Source: Blastocladiella emersonii ATCC 22665 (taxonomy: Eukaryota; Fungi; Blastocladiomycota). From it: a stretch of DNA of 64,000 bases. How positions within the stretch are numbered: the stretch's first letter is position 1; each line of letters starts with the position of its first letter. The translations under genes and the position numbers were made by a program. Location: assembly GCA_025594325.1 (NCBI GenBank), contig JANHCV010000008.1, positions 1,302,001 through 1,366,000 of the forward strand, in the 5' to 3' direction. Of this stretch, positions 1 through 11,852 are shown piece by piece. Under the pieces are notes generated by a model. It was not told the DNA's origin, searched no databases, and was given only the letters and a program-made list of their open reading frames with translations.

Positions 1-303
1 ACGGGCCGGATCGACTGTCACATAAATTCCAGGCGAAAACTGACCATTCGGGAACATAATCGTATTCGATTGGCTGACAGTAAAGCCGGGATGGCCCATC
101 GCGACAAGCCCCGCAGACGTCGGCAGCGGCTGACTTTGCAAAGTTGCCCGATCTGTCACTTGAATGCGCCACGACAAACCCGCGCGAATGTGCTGCAGCA
201 TCGCATTGAGGGAGTTCAGCAAGAGCGGCTCCGTGTAACTCTGGTCCACTGCCGCGCCTTCGGGGATGACAGAGTACACCATGAGGCCGAGAGTATGTTG
301 CAT
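1..303 (-). CDS. Gag-like family gene, 5' part (runs off window start)
   Basis: Manual translation from ATG 303 is open to base 1: MQHTLGLMVYSVIPEGAAVDQSYTEPLLLNSLNAMLQHIRAGLSWRIQ. This matches the N-terminal helix of other copies (e.g. LLLNSMNQRLCSIRAALKQRL at 34.5 kb). Island start motif GATGTAACTCTATGCAAC at 314-297. Confidence 0.65.
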   Translation of the reverse strand, partial: MQHTLGLMVYSVIPEGAAVDQSYTEPLLLNSLNAMLQHIRAGLSWRIQVTDRATLQSQPLPTSAGLVAMGHPGFTVSQSNTIMFPNGQFSPGIYVTVDPAR

Positions 304-491
304 AGAGTTACATCAACGTCCATTCCCCAGCATAACCGACGGGAGCAGAAAACTTGCGTTGCGTGCGGCGAGCGCGTCAAAGTCGCGCCAACTGGCGGTC
401 ACCTGACGCGTTGCCCCCCGCGTTTCCCTTCGTGAGCGCGATTTGTTCGCCCTCTCACTCCCCGCCTCCCTCACAAGCTCATGCAAAACAA

Positions 492-1443
492 ATGGATACC
501 CGAACAGACTTGCCGCAACGGTCTCACGGGCTCGACGCCCTCCCCGAGTTCCTGCTTGCTGCGATTCTCCGATTCGCGAGGCCGCGACGTGTCGTTTGCA
601 CGACGGCTTCCGCGCTTCTCAATGCTGCCCGCGATTTGCCCACACAATCGGCGTGGATGGCCCGGTACTTACGCTCCAGATTGCCAATTCAGATCGTGCA
701 ACGGTATTCATTCAATTTTCGGATCATTGGTACCGACCTCGGTGCCTACTTTGAGCGGCGCTTTATCGCCTCCACAATAAAAACACCGCCCAAAACCGTC
801 GGTAATCCAGCCCTCGACGAGCCACTGTTCTTCGCTTCCGCGTTCAAATGGCTTGCACAGCGGACTCGCCGCGTTCTGTTCCGCCCAGGTGAAGCTGTTG
901 CTTCGCTTGGCTCGGCCCTTTTGCAAATCCGAGACATTCAAACGATGCTCCGGCCGCCATTTACTTCGACCAAACGGCACCGCGGCCACTTGTGAGTGCT
1001 GCGATCTTGCAACTCAAATCGCGTGGTTTTCCGCGATCGAATCTATTGTTCAGCTTCAGTCCTGTACCCGGTGGACGCAGCTACTGCCTTCGCTTTTCAA
1101 ATCCGTCGTTGCAACTTTCTCGAAACCCGGCGGACTGGCTTCACACACTGGGTACGAGAACACAAGCACATGCGCTTTCGCGGAGCGGTACCCGCTGCTC
1201 CGCCTGCTCGCGATGCTCGTTGCCGCGGGCGTTGATGGTTTCTTCCCCTTTGACGAGAGCAAGCGTCGCAGGGTTCCGTTAGACGTCTGGCAGCTGGTCC
1301 CGAACGGCGCGCTCGACCGCACTCGCGATCTTGATTGGGTCCGCGCGACCAAGCGCGTCGTGTCGGGCAACCAGGCTGTCCTCTTGGAGCTTCGCCGGTG
1401 CGCACCCGTGCTCATGTCTCAGCTGGAGCAGCCGGGCGAGTGA
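492..1443 (+). pseudogene. F-box-like N-terminus protein, split over two frames (frameshift or unresolved intron)
   Basis: ATG 492, LDALPEFLLAAILRFA resembles an F-box start. Frame ends at 995 next to a GTGAGT donor-like site, and a coding-like frame continues to 1443. I could not find a phase-consistent acceptor. Confidence 0.4.
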
Positions 1444-1686
1444 GTATGTGTTTCTGTGTTTTCGCGACATATTATTTCATCTGCATGCATAGCGGCTGGC
1501 GCAAACGCTTCGCTTCCCGGCACTGTAAGAGTGACAAGCGAACGCGATGGTCACCTCCGCGTGACATTTCCGTCAGCGCTGTCGGCTGTGGCGTAGCGTC
1601 CGCCGATCGGCCGTCGACGCTAAGATGAATCCCTCACTCAGAGCAAAGCGCCCCACCACCCGCGCTGCTATGTAACTTGAAGCATT

Positions 1687-3270
1687 ATGGACAGCGCATC
1701 ATATGAAACTCATAGGCCTATTGAGCGCCGCGTGGAGACGCTATTTACATCGCTCCACCTGAGAGCGCAGTTGACCCGTGAATCGCGAGCCGTGATGCCC
1801 TGTTCTTGCGCCTCAGTCTGCTCCCTGGTGAGCAGCTAGCGAGGCTTCAAGCTCGCATGATTGATACGACCAAGGTTTTGAGCGACGCCGACGAAACGGG
1901 CGCTGTAGCACAAGCAGAGCTTGCAGCTGTCTCGCGTGAGTCGGTGCCAGTGCCCGTTCCCATAGTCGAGCGGGATCGCACTTCAACCCCCTCGTCCCAA
2001 CATCTTTCCAGGCCGACATCGGTGCCCAGTCCGACGTACTCGGAAGGTGTGCCACCTAAACAGCTTCATAACTCAACGGAGCCGGACTTCGCCGCCCTGA
2101 TGGAGCGGGACGCGCCATATTTCTGCTCCCGACGGCGCGATATCCCACCCGAGAAGGATCTCCGTAGGCCGGCACACTTTCTCAAACAGCTTCGTTCCGT
2201 GGCACCACACGCAAGCCTGGTCTCTCTTATCCTCGCTGCGCGCACTCTCATCCCGACAAGCGTGTATGCCGTGTGCTGCGCGACGCTTTCCGTGTCAATG
2301 AACGACCAGGAAGCGGCCAACGCATTCTGCCGCGCAGCCAATCCCCGTTCGAACGGGCCGTGGGTCGGCATATGGCTATAGCTGGCTCCATGGTCGCGCA
2401 GCGAGATTCGCGAGTTTTACAACTTGTTCCGCTTGCGACCCGGCGAGGTGGTTCATGTTACGCCCGAATTCGTGCGGGAGCAGCATATCAAGCTCACGTT
2501 TGTTGGGATGATTGAGAGCAAGTTCGGGCCAGTGTGTGGTTCTATCCGCCAGATTATCGATGACGACAACGGGTCTCTTGTCGGCATTGTTGCCAAATAC
2601 GATCGATTGGCGAGGTCGGAGCGATCTTCAACCAACGGCGTTTAGGCGAGGTCCCCAAGGCTTCCCTCGATTGCAGCCCCAGTAGCGTTTCTTTCTCGCT
2701 CTCGCTCTCGCTCGCGCTGGGATTCGTAGTTTTGAACTTGGTCAAACTCGCTGTATCGCTCACGTTCACAAACCCCATCTCGCGCGACGACGCACCATCG
2801 AGATCATTGACGGAAACGCTCTTATTCTCGCTCACCTCCCGCTCACGCCCGCGATCCCGCCGTCACTTGCCAGCTCCGCGGCGGTGCGATACTTTGCCAG
2901 GCCGCCGGTTCCACAATTGCTCGCGCTCGCCCGCCCATCGCGATCCTTAGAGCAAGACGGCGGACTGCGTGCTGTACAGCGACCCTGACGTGGATCTCAT
3001 CCAACGCTTGCACGCGGCGCCTCACAGCACCGAGGCCTGCCCACTCTTGGATCAGCCTCGTTCGCTTGCGCGAGAGCTCGTGTTCACGCTTGCTCGATCT
3101 CGGATTTCCAGTCCCACCGCCACCTCACGCCAAGCGCTTGCGGGGGTGACGGAAGAATGGCTCAAGCGGATCCGCGGATCCCGCGCGGGACACAACCCAA
3201 GACCGCGCGCAGCTTGAAGTGGTGTCGAGGGATGCTCGGGACGCTGCTCCAGCTGATCCCACGGAGCTCT
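1687..3270 (+). pseudogene. Gag-like subfamily A pseudogene
   Basis: Homology to 14644/32091 throughout (LHLRAQL; APYF..FLKQLRSVAPHASLVSLILAAR; VTPEFVREQHIKLTF; HSTEACPLLDQPR; LKWCRGML). Frameshift near 1800, in-frame TAGs at 2379 and 2643, knuckle Cys to Tyr. Confidence 0.8.
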
Positions 3271-3276
3271 CATCGC

Positions 3277-3540
3277 GACCTGGGTACACGAATCCCAGCG
3301 ACTGTGCGTTCGCCGAGCTATTCCCGCTGCGCCTCCTGCTCTCGATTCTCGTCGCCGCGGATATCGACGGGTTCCGCTCGAGATTTGGCAACTGATTCCG
3401 GATGGCGCGCTCGACGTCGCTCGCGATGCGGACTGGATCCGCGCCACCGAGGCCATTGTGTCGAGCGACGAGGCTGTCCTGGCGGAGCTTCACCGCTGCG
3501 CACCTACGTCCGCGGCAAAGGAGACGAGCCTAGGGTGAGC
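3277..3540 (+). pseudogene. Diverged duplicate of the 3' end of the 492-1443 gene
   Basis: GYTNPSDCAFAELFPL...PLEIWQLIPDGALD..DWIRATEAIVSSDEAVLAELHRCAP aligns with GYENTSTCAFAERYPL...PLDVWQLVPNGALD..DWVRATKRVVSGNQAVLLELRRCAP (1150-1440). Confidence 0.75.
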
Positions 3541-3702
3541 ATGTTTCTCCTCAGCTCGCGGACTATAATTGTGATTGCAAATGTTTATGGAAACCCTCTT
3601 TGCGATGCACTATTGCGCGCCAAGCCTAAGCGCAAGGCGGATACTCATGACCGCGCTAGAGCATAGGTTTAGCCGCGACGCAGCTCGCTCAGGGCCACAA
3701 TA

Positions 3703-4716
3703 TCAGTGTGAAGGAGGGCGAGAGGATGCGCGAACAACGTCGTTGACAAGCGCGGTAAATGAAGTAATCTTGGGCCAGCTATTTTTGAACACTGCGAAGG
3801 CCTTGGCGTTGATGCCGATATCCGCGCAACAGGGACCGAGCATGCCGAGATAGAGCCCCTTGAGATGAGCTGAGCGGTCGATCTCGTGCAGCGAAATGGC
3901 GCGCCCAACGAACGTCATGAAGCGTTCAGTGAAGCGTTCAACCGATTCGCCCTTGGTCCGCGAGAGAGCACACCAGTCGTCGAGCCACGCGGGTCGACGC
4001 TGCGGGTCAAATGCATCGAGAAATACGCGGCGAGCACAATCGTCGGACATATCTGACCGCAAGAGGATCGCGTACGAGCGATACAGCGGGATATTCACCA
4101 CGCTGCGCGCAAGGAGGAGCCCTCGCGCAAGATGGCCGGGCGGGCATTCTGATGCCAGGTTGTCAATAAACTGGAGCAAGTTGTTGCGAAGGTCGGGTGA
4201 ATCGAGTGCGGGGCCTTGCGGAGTGAAGGTGGGGGCTGGCGCGCAACGAAGGATGCGGTGACGAAGCTGGGTGTTGGAGATACTCTTGACGACACCAATA
4301 TTGGGTGCTGCTTGGGGAAGCGGCGGCTGGCTTGCAGGCGCCGGATCATCTAGCGACGAATGTAGCGTTGAACTTGGCGAGTGAGGGTGAGTGCCGATGC
4401 GTGTGGGAGGGCAGGTGTCGCCCACGTAGTCAGAAGGGATTGGGGCATGAGACAGGGTCTGTTCCCGAGGCCCAATACTTGGCGAGAAAGCAATCGGATT
4501 GCGGTCGGGTGATGCGTTCTTGGATGCAATAACTCGGCAATCCGGTTGCGTGGAAGCATCGTGGTCTGGAACAAATAGCTCGGTTTGAAGCCGCTGGGAC
4601 ATAATTGCGTGAAAGCACTGCAGTCGGGCGCTCATGGACGCCAGCAGGGCCGACCCGTCCAATGTGGACTCCGCTGGCTCGCCTCCGACCCGAACCAAGT
4701 GCGAAAATGAATCCAT
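3703..4716 (-). CDS. Gag-like subfamily C, capsid-like domain only (no knuckle or C-terminal domain)
   Basis: 337 aa ORF. FLDAFDPQRRPAWLDDWCALSRTKGESVERFTERF resembles the Ty3/retrotransposon Gag capsid motif (L.Q..ESV..Y..RF). Ends before the zinc knuckle seen in paralogs. Confidence 0.7.
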   Translation of the reverse strand: MDSFSHLVRVGGEPAESTLDGSALLASMSARLQCFHAIMSQRLQTELFVPDHDASTQPDCRVIASKNASPDRNPIAFSPSIGPREQTLSHAPIPSDYVGDTCPPTRIGTHPHSPSSTLHSSLDDPAPASQPPLPQAAPNIGVVKSISNTQLRHRILRCAPAPTFTPQGPALDSPDLRNNLLQFIDNLASECPPGHLARGLLLARSVVNIPLYRSYAILLRSDMSDDCARRVFLDAFDPQRRPAWLDDWCALSRTKGESVERFTERFMTFVGRAISLHEIDRSAHLKGLYLGMLGPCCADIGINAKAFAVFKNSWPKITSFTALVNDVVRASSRPPSH

Positions 4717-5089
4717 AGAACGTGTTGCATAGAGTTAAACATTGGTCTGGCGAGAAGGGTACACTTCGGGTGAGACAGAACCGCGCGGAGGGTCCCGCGG
4801 CGCGCGAGACAGCGCAGACAACTGTGGCGCTCACGCGGCCGATCACATGATAGCTCGACGCGTCTCGCACGTTTTCGAGTTGCTGAGCGCGCCCTTCGAC
4901 GTTGCTCACAGCTTAGGGCGGGCCTTCAAGGGCATTGCGAGAGGTGCCAATTCGCTTCGTGAGGAATGCGTGTACGAGTGCCGCTGCGCCAGGGTAACGG
5001 TCATCGCCTCGAAATGCAGCTTCGGCTTCGTGATCAATCAAGACTCTCCGAGAACACAAAACATATCGTATATTCATGAACACCCGCCC

Positions 5090-6793
5090 TCACGCTGACG
5101 GTTCGGTTTGGACAGGCGAATTGGGCACCTGCGCTCGGTGCCACGCGATACCCTGCGCTGTAAAACCGTTGCCAACAGCGGTGACAGCAGAAATGCGGCG
5201 ACCAGCAGCAAAACGGTTACCAATACATTGAAGAAACGTGTCGTCGAGCCCACAATGGTTGAAGGCCACCGATTCAAGCGAGCCGGGCATCAGGTCGAGA
5301 ATCGAGAGTGCCGTACTAGATCCAAGCATTGTAATATGGATGAGCTTGAGCACTCGGAGTTCAGTGGAAGTCAACCGCGCTGCGAGTTGCAAGAGACCCG
5401 CAGCGGTTGCGTGGGCTTGTTCAAACGTCAGTTCAATAAGTGAAGGCGGAAAGTTATGCGCAAGCGCAGCGATGACTCGGTCGCTGAGTTCAAAGTCTTC
5501 AAGGTAAAGGACCTTGAGCGTCGATGGAAGTGCACTCATAACGCTGCAAAGGCCCTTGCCACGCAGATCACATTGGAACAAGCGGAGCTCCGTGAGCCCA
5601 GGCGGCATATGAGAAGCAAGAAGTTGAGCGCCCACCTTGTCAAACGCACCGTCTAGCTCCAGCTTGAGGAGCGTCCGCGGTAGTCGACCTGCGATGACGC
5701 GCAAAGCAGAAGCTGTGCTATTGCAGAATATTCCAATGATAAGCTCCTGCAGCGCGGGCGGGAGACCCGCCATGAGCAGCGCGCAATCCTTGAGGCTGAC
5801 TTTGGTCCAAGTGAGTGCGAAGGAAACGAGTCCATGCGGCAGTTTACTTGTCAAGCAAGCTACTGTGTCGTCTGCGAGTTTGGTCTGGATGAGAGCAAGT
5901 CGGCGTAGCGAGGGGGGCAAGTGGTGGTAAAGCAGCGCAGGCGCAGCCCAAAGTTCGCCAGCGTCACATTCGATTATAAGCTCCTTGATGGTCGCAGGGA
6001 GCCAACCGTGAGGATCAGCGGAGCCCGTAACGGCTCGATCAAGCCAAAAGTTGCAGTTTAACACCACTTTTCTCGCCGTGCTCGAGGCAACAATTTTCGA
6101 AAGAATATCGTAAGTGAAGCACGAGGCCTTGAACTCGATTGTGTCGACCTTTTGTGCCGGCGCGGCAAGCGCATCAGCAAGCTTGCGTGCGCCGTGTTCG
6201 GTCATTCGAACACCCTCGATCAGTAGACGGCTCGCGGAACCTGAAGCAACGCCACGGCTGACACGGTCTGCCAGGATGACACCGGCCATGCGGTCGTCGC
6301 CGCTCTACACAAGACGGATGCGTTCAGCCCACTAATATTGAGCGATCAGCTCAAGCTCGTCGATACGTACTCCACCAAGACGACGCTGGGCCGCCCGAAA
6401 CAATGAGCCGTCCACGTCAAGGAGAAGACGTAGCAGCCGCTTGGTGACGCTTGGACCGCGAAGGTCACCGAAGGGTAACTCGAAGTGGCGCCACCAGTCA
6501 ATCACATCAATGCGCTTATTCGAAAGGACGCGTTCGAGCGAGACCTCGCTGGCGAGAATCGGGCGACCACTCGCTCTGCGCAACTCGAGAGCCCAAATTT
6601 GGCCATTCACGGCCGCTTCGAGCAGCGGAAAGTTAAGTGAGACATGCTCGACGATAGTGGGGAACAAGCGCGGAGCGTCGACACGGCGCAAGACTCGCGC
6701 GTACTGCGCAAGTCCGTCACGGTCCGCCGGGTCGTGGAGAAGGACGGCTCTGATAAGTATGTCCTCGAGCACGAGTGTTGCATTAAGTTTCAT
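5090..6793 (-). CDS. Two-exon ankyrin-like + LRR (RNI/FNIP-like LPxxLxxLxL repeats) protein, ~545 aa
   Basis: ORFs 6332-6793 and 5090-6289 share a frame. A 66-nt GTACGT...GCTGAAC...TAG intron (6370-6305) removes both intervening stops. Exon 1 has LEAAVNGQIWALE/RIDVIDWW; exon 2 has about 8 LP/MP/FP-xxLxxL repeats. Confidence 0.75.
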
Positions 6794-7212
6794 GGTGTCG
6801 TTGCATGTGGTTCGTGTGTCTCGTGGAGTCGAGAGCGACCGGCCCGGGGAAGTCGCGAAGACGCTCGAGCCGGAGGTCGAGCCGGGATCGCGTGATCACG
6901 GCGTGATATCGCGACGCGTATTCGCTCGCAGTCGAGCATGGCGGCCGATCAGCTCACGTCGCAAACCAGCATTAATTAGCTGGGAGGGCACGTGCGGGTG
7001 GATGCAGCGGGGCGACAAGCGGTCGCGCAAGCGGGACCGAGAGGAAGGCTGGGAAAGAGCGCGTCGCTGTTGATCATGAGATGCAACAGAAGAAGAAGCA
7101 GGTAGACCTCGTGGCTTTCGGTGCTCGCCGGGATGCACGCGACTAGAAGCGGCGGTTTGAGTAGGTACGCTCGATTCGGCCGAGGTCCGCTCGCGGTTAG
7201 GCCTCGGAGCAG

Positions 7213-7844
7213 TTGGTATCAAGCTCGATGATGAAGTTTCCGAAAAAGTACCAGTTTTGTTGGCTTCTCAACCAAGTGGTCCATGTCACACCAGCTCTCT
7301 TGTACCAGCGGCACATGAAGCACGTTTTCAATATCCGCGTGTTCCAGGATATCCGCTGGAGCCCATGGACTGTGCGGAAAATGATCGTCGACTCGCAAAT
7401 TTCTTTCACCGACATGGTCAGAGAGTACGTGGAGCTTGGCAGTGTTCGCGCCATTTCGAGCGACTATGGCCCTGACTCCGTCCAGGATTCTCCTCGCCGG
7501 TCGAGTTCTCGTTCGCCTCCACTGCCGCGCTCGGACTTTCAGTATCAACCTCTGGAGCGTCCTCCGGGCCACTTGCAGGGAGATTTGGTTGCTCGATTCT
7601 CAGTATCGCCTTGTGCAACAGCAACTTCCGCCCGCTCAGGCACGAAGCGTCCTATCGCAGCGCTCGCCCCGTGCAGCTTCTGCGTTCAATACGGTTCCGA
7701 GTCCGCACCCGAGCACTCGAGCAACCGTGCTCCAGCTGCTTGCCCGAACTTGCACCAGTCGGCTCTACATGCTAAGCTTCTTGTCACGACATCGCGCAAG
7801 CTTGATATCGACATTCTGCCGTCTTCAACTCCTCCCCATGAACC
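7213..7844 (+). pseudogene. Gag-like subfamily B, 5'-truncated, interrupted by transposon (part 1)
   Basis: QFCWLLNQVVHVTPALL..HMKHVFNIRVFQDIRWSP and CSFCVQYGSESAPEHSSNRAPAACPNLHQ closely match 16590-18188. Homology stops at 7844. Confidence 0.85.
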
Positions 7845-7876
7845 CATCGCCGAAACGGTCCTGGCGACGCGAGGGC

Positions 7877-8000
7877 TGACGCCAGCAGGGGTTAGAACCC
7901 TTGACGCCAGACCCCTGACGCCAGGTCGGCGGCGGTCCCAGCCAAACTCGCGTCGGGGCTGGCGTCAGCCTCGGCCGGACCTGACCCAGGTCTGACGCGA
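7877..8000. repeat. Left subterminal repeats (TGACGCCAG/CTGGCGTCA)
   Basis: Copies at 7877, 7902, 7916 (direct), 7959 (inverted), variant TGACGCGA at 7993. Confidence 0.85.
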
Positions 8001-8299
8001 GGGGGTCCGGTTCGCAACGCGAGAGTCCCGGCTCTCCGCCACGTGTACCTCGATCACGAACCATGAATCCTACTCTTCTCCAACTTGATGCAACTTGTTT
8101 ATGAGCGACTATGAGAGACTTTGCCGCGGCGGAGAGAGGTGTTGCGCTCCAACTCGTCGTCAGCCCTCGAGGAAGGGTCGTTTGCGAGCGCGAAACACGC
8201 CAAGTCACCGCCGCGGTAGTTGAGAAAACGAGGGCATGTATTTCAACCAGCGGCGCCTCCCACGCGCCGCAGCTCGTTCTCGTCGCGAATACTGCAAGG

Positions 8300-9850
8300 G
8301 ACGGCGCTCGCTACGCCGCGGGACCCGACGGGTCCCCTACACCACCACCTCGAGCAGGTCGCGCTCCCACAGGTACGCCATGAGCGCGGCCGACCCCGCG
8401 CAGTCGAACGGGTTGAGCAGCCACTCCCGGTACTCGCTGTCGAGCTTGAAGTTGGCTGCGCCTGCGGTCGTCGGCGCCGCGGGCCGATCGTAGTTAGGCA
8501 CGACGTGAACGAACGTCTGGAAGGCCGCCACGCCCACGGCGTGGTACCAACCGAGACCCATCCCCGGCACCGCGGGATGCAGGGCAAGGACCTGCACCGG
8601 GATGTTCTTCTACTTTTTGCTGCCGCCTGACGCGTCGTCCTGGACGCGGAACTGCTCGACGATGGCCACGTCGTGCTCGGTGCCGTTGTGCGTGAAGTGT
8701 AGCGCGGCGGCCAGCTTCCCGACGCGGTACTTCTTGTCCGACGTGAGATACTACCGTACGCGAGATAATAGCAGATGTCAGCGACCGAATCGTTCGGTGC
8801 GAGCTCAGCAAGCAGCGGACCATGACCCAGTCCGCGTGCGACTTGCCGCGGGTTGGGAACTCGCACTTGCCCGTAATCTGCTTGTTGCGGAACCTGCCGA
8901 GCGAGAAGGCCTCGAACGAGATTGCCTTGGACATGAGGAACTACACGCATCGCGAGCCGGGAAGCGTCAGTTCTTCGTCAATTTGATGCAGATCGCGCGC
9001 ACGCGGGTACCTTGCCGTCGTCAGGGCCCAGCAGCGGGTCGTCGGCCGCGTGATGCGCCGAGAGTCCAGCATCCTCGGCCAGGTAACCGTGGAGGATCTG
9101 GGCAAGGAACGGGATCTGAGTCGAGAGCTGGTCCACGCTCGAGCTCGCGGTCGTGCCGAACGAGAAGTGTACCTCGCGCCCGGGATCAAACTTGATGCGG
9201 TCAGACGTTGTCGCCTTGAGCGTGGTCAGGCGCACGTCGGCCAGGTACTTGAAGACCTCGTCCATGCCCTCGTATTCCTGTGATGCGATAGTGACGACGC
9301 GAGCGTTAGTGATGCTCCACGGCGCGCGAGAGTCAGCGATTCTGTATCGCGGGGTCACACTCCCTCACGAGCGCGCTCGCACGATCGCCTGCAGGGCCAC
9401 GCACGAGGCCGCGCGCGAAAAAAGCTGCTCGGACGAGGTCGCCGTGTGGTTTGTGAGCTTGGCCGCGATCTAGGCGTTGAACTTGTGCGAGCGCTCCGTC
9501 GCCTCGGTCGACAGGATCGTGTTGGGACCAAAGCGCTTGATGATATCAACGTGTTTGCTCAGGCAGCGGTGCTTGGGCGTGCGTAGTTGTTGTAGCGCGC
9601 GGGGCACACATACACGCAGCGAGCGGCCAGGTCAAACCGACCGAGGACCGGTGCCGCGTACGCGAGCGACCAGTCACTCGGCGCTGATCCGCGGAGCAGA
9701 GTGCAGTGGAGCTCATAGAGCGTGAGAACTTTGAACTTGACGAGTTCCGACGGCGAGATTGGGGCAGTGTGAGCGCAGACACACGGATTTGACCGTTCCA
9801 GGCATAGCAAGAGGTAGAGCTCGACATTACAGGTCGGTTACATAGAGTCA
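8300..9850 (-). pseudogene. Degraded Plavaka/CMC-type transposase, C-terminal part
   Basis: Manual translation gives LRTPKHRCLSKHVDIIKRFGPNTILSTEATERSHK..KLTNH (~9600-9430) and VGVAAFQTFVHVVPNY...WLLNPF (~8530-8400). From recall these resemble fungal Plavaka/EnSpm-type transposase motifs. Stops and frameshifts present. Confidence 0.6.
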
Positions 9851-10499
9851 TTGAGTGGAGTTACATGGTGCGTCGAGCGGTGAGGGAGGCGAAGGACGCG
9901 AAGGTCACGCCACGTGACGCTTCCGCCCTTCGCCGATCCTTCTTCAGCGCGCGCGTTGGGCGCGGATGGCTGCCGCTCCCGCCGACCCGCCAAGTCCCCG
10001 CCCGACCCCACCCACCACCATGCAATCGACACACTCTGCTCTTGCGACTCGCACGCAGCCCCGCCCGTACGTTGCCCGCACCGCGTCGGCCATGGCGGCG
10101 CCCGCGTCGTGAGGCCAGCTTCGCCGCGTCGCTCGCCGTGTCCGAGTCGTGTCCGCGGCCTCCACGCTCGCCTAAGACGACGGACCGACCCCCACGACGT
10201 GCTCGGGGCCACCAAGGAAGCGTGCGTCGCCGCGGCGGTGCATCCGCGTCGTGCTGAGTCGCCGCGAGCGCGCATTTTCCGTCGACTCATTCTCCCCACT
10301 CCCTCCCCTCCCCTCGAAACTCTTCGCCCTCGCCACGCGCGGGACTGCTGCCGATCGTCCTCCGCGGCGGATAGGCTCGGTTCCGCCTGTCATCACCCCC
10401 TTATCACTCGCCGCCTTGGACACGTCGTTCGAACCACGCTGACCCGTCCCCTTCGTCACCTCACTCGTCCAGATCTCCGCCCACCGAGCGCTCGTGCTA

Positions 10500-11570
10500 A
10501 CCCGCGCCAAGCGCGTCTCGTCCGACACGATCGACCGCCTCAGTGACGCGCGCAAGGCCGAGCACCTGCTTCGACCAAGTTGTTCGACAAGGGCCTCACC
10601 AAGCGCGTGCACGGCCGCGTTCGACAAGGCGTGCGCGTGTATCGCCGCGGCTACGGTGCGACCCGGGTTCTGACCCGCCATCGGCCGTGTGGCAACACCG
10701 CGACCACGTCGCCGTGATCAAGGCCGCCAAGCTGCTTGGCGATGCGGTACGCTTTCTCACTTGCTGCGGGTGTCGGCACTCGTGGGCGCCGTCGTCCGCG
10801 TGCCCAAGGCGTCGGCGAGGCCAAGCTCGACTCGATCACGGACTGTACCGCCATGGTCACCAAGGACGCGTCCGCGACGGCCGTCAAGACCTCGGGCAAC
10901 GTCAACCACGGCCCCGACCATGGCCATCGACTTCCTCGCACCCGCCAAGGTGTTCGAGGTCGAGTACAGCGAGATCCAGGATATGCTCGATCACGGTGCG
11001 TTCTCGACCTGGTCCGCGGCCTAAGATGCGCGCTTCGAGCCCCTCGCTAACACGCACGTAAGCGCCTCACTGCAGATCAAGCGGCAGCTTGCTGGCGCCA
11101 ACATCGACAAGACCAAGGTCCTCGACTCGCTGCAGTGCAAGGACAAGTCGCCCTCGGCTACGAGGACCACGCGGTACGTCTCGCGCGCACCGCCCCTCTC
11201 TCTCTCTCCGCGTCGCTGACCTTGAGCCCATCCGCACCAGGGCAACGACAGTCAGCGGCGCACAAGTCCAAGCCCGACTCGCTGCGACGGTCGGTGACCG
11301 TGGCCATCGCCGACGCCAAGTGCGAGATCACGTCGCTCAAGGAGATCAAGGGCGCCAGCCTCCGCGTGGCCATCAAGCGCGCCCGCTCGGTCCGATCAAG
11401 ATCGACTGCCACGTCGAAGGTGGGCGGGCGGCCACGGGTCGGCGGCATCGAGACCGAGCTCAAGCACTCGTTCCCGCGCATCAAGGAGTGGCGGCGACGG
11501 CGGCCGCGGAAGAGCTCGGGCCGCGAGCGCCGGATGGGCGCGGTGGCGGCCGCGAGCAGCGGCGTATCAT
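10500..11570 (+). pseudogene. Intron-containing second (cargo or accessory) gene remnant inside the transposon, unidentified
   Basis: Host-like GC3-rich coding fragments (VAVIKAAKLLGDA; AIDFLAPAKVFEVEYSEIQDML; VTVAIADAKCEITSLKEIKG). A GTACGT..GCTGAC..CAG intron at ~11177-11240. Several frameshifts. Confidence 0.4.
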
Positions 11571-11692
11571 GATTAATACAGAGCTATTATTCGAATCGGT
11601 CTATCGGAATGCCTATCAGGGTGAGCACGTGAGCAATCCGGAAGCGTGGCGCGAACCAGGCACCGACCCTCGCATCAACCGTTGCGTCAGGC

Positions 11693-11821
11693 CTGGCGTC
11701 ACGGCTGACGCGACGATTTCTGCGTGGTCTGACGCCAGACCTGATGAAAATCATTTTGACCCTGGCGTCAGCCGTCGCGTCGCGACCCACGCGTCGGACC
11801 TGACGTCAGGCGTGACGCCAG
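11693..11821. repeat. Right subterminal repeats
   Basis: CTGGCGTCA at 11693 and 11762, TGACGCCAG at 11730 and 11813, TGACGTCAG at 11801. Confidence 0.85.
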
Positions 11822-11852
11822 GCCCCTCAAGCTGGGAGCCGTTTCGGCGATG

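Larger units (their letters stand above)
7845..11852. mobile_element. Non-autonomous TIR DNA transposon (CMC/EnSpm-Plavaka-like), 4008 bp
   Basis: Perfect 14-bp TIRs CATCGCCGAAACGG (7845-7858) / CCGTTTCGGCGATG (11839-11852), CC on both flanks (2-bp TSD), TGACGCCAG subterminal repeats at both ends. Removing it restores the host frame (..PPHEPKSDTEIE..). Confidence 0.9.

Noticed and set aside
70-435. Plus-strand 121-aa ORF
   Set aside because: The opposite strand encodes a recognisable Gag-like N-terminus with the family start motif.
6950-7230. RS-rich minus-strand remnant (PSSRSRLRDRLSPR)
   Set aside because: Possibly a further subfamily C relic, but too short and low-complexity to call.
7861-8000. 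CRISPR-like or iteron array
   Set aside because: Nine-bp motifs in both orientations with irregular spacing, mirrored at 11.7-11.8 kb: transposon subterminal repeats in a eukaryotic context.
11430-11500. NifU-like C-terminal motif (GIETELKHSFPRIKEW)
   Set aside because: Too short, and the CxxC of NifU domains is absent; left unidentified.
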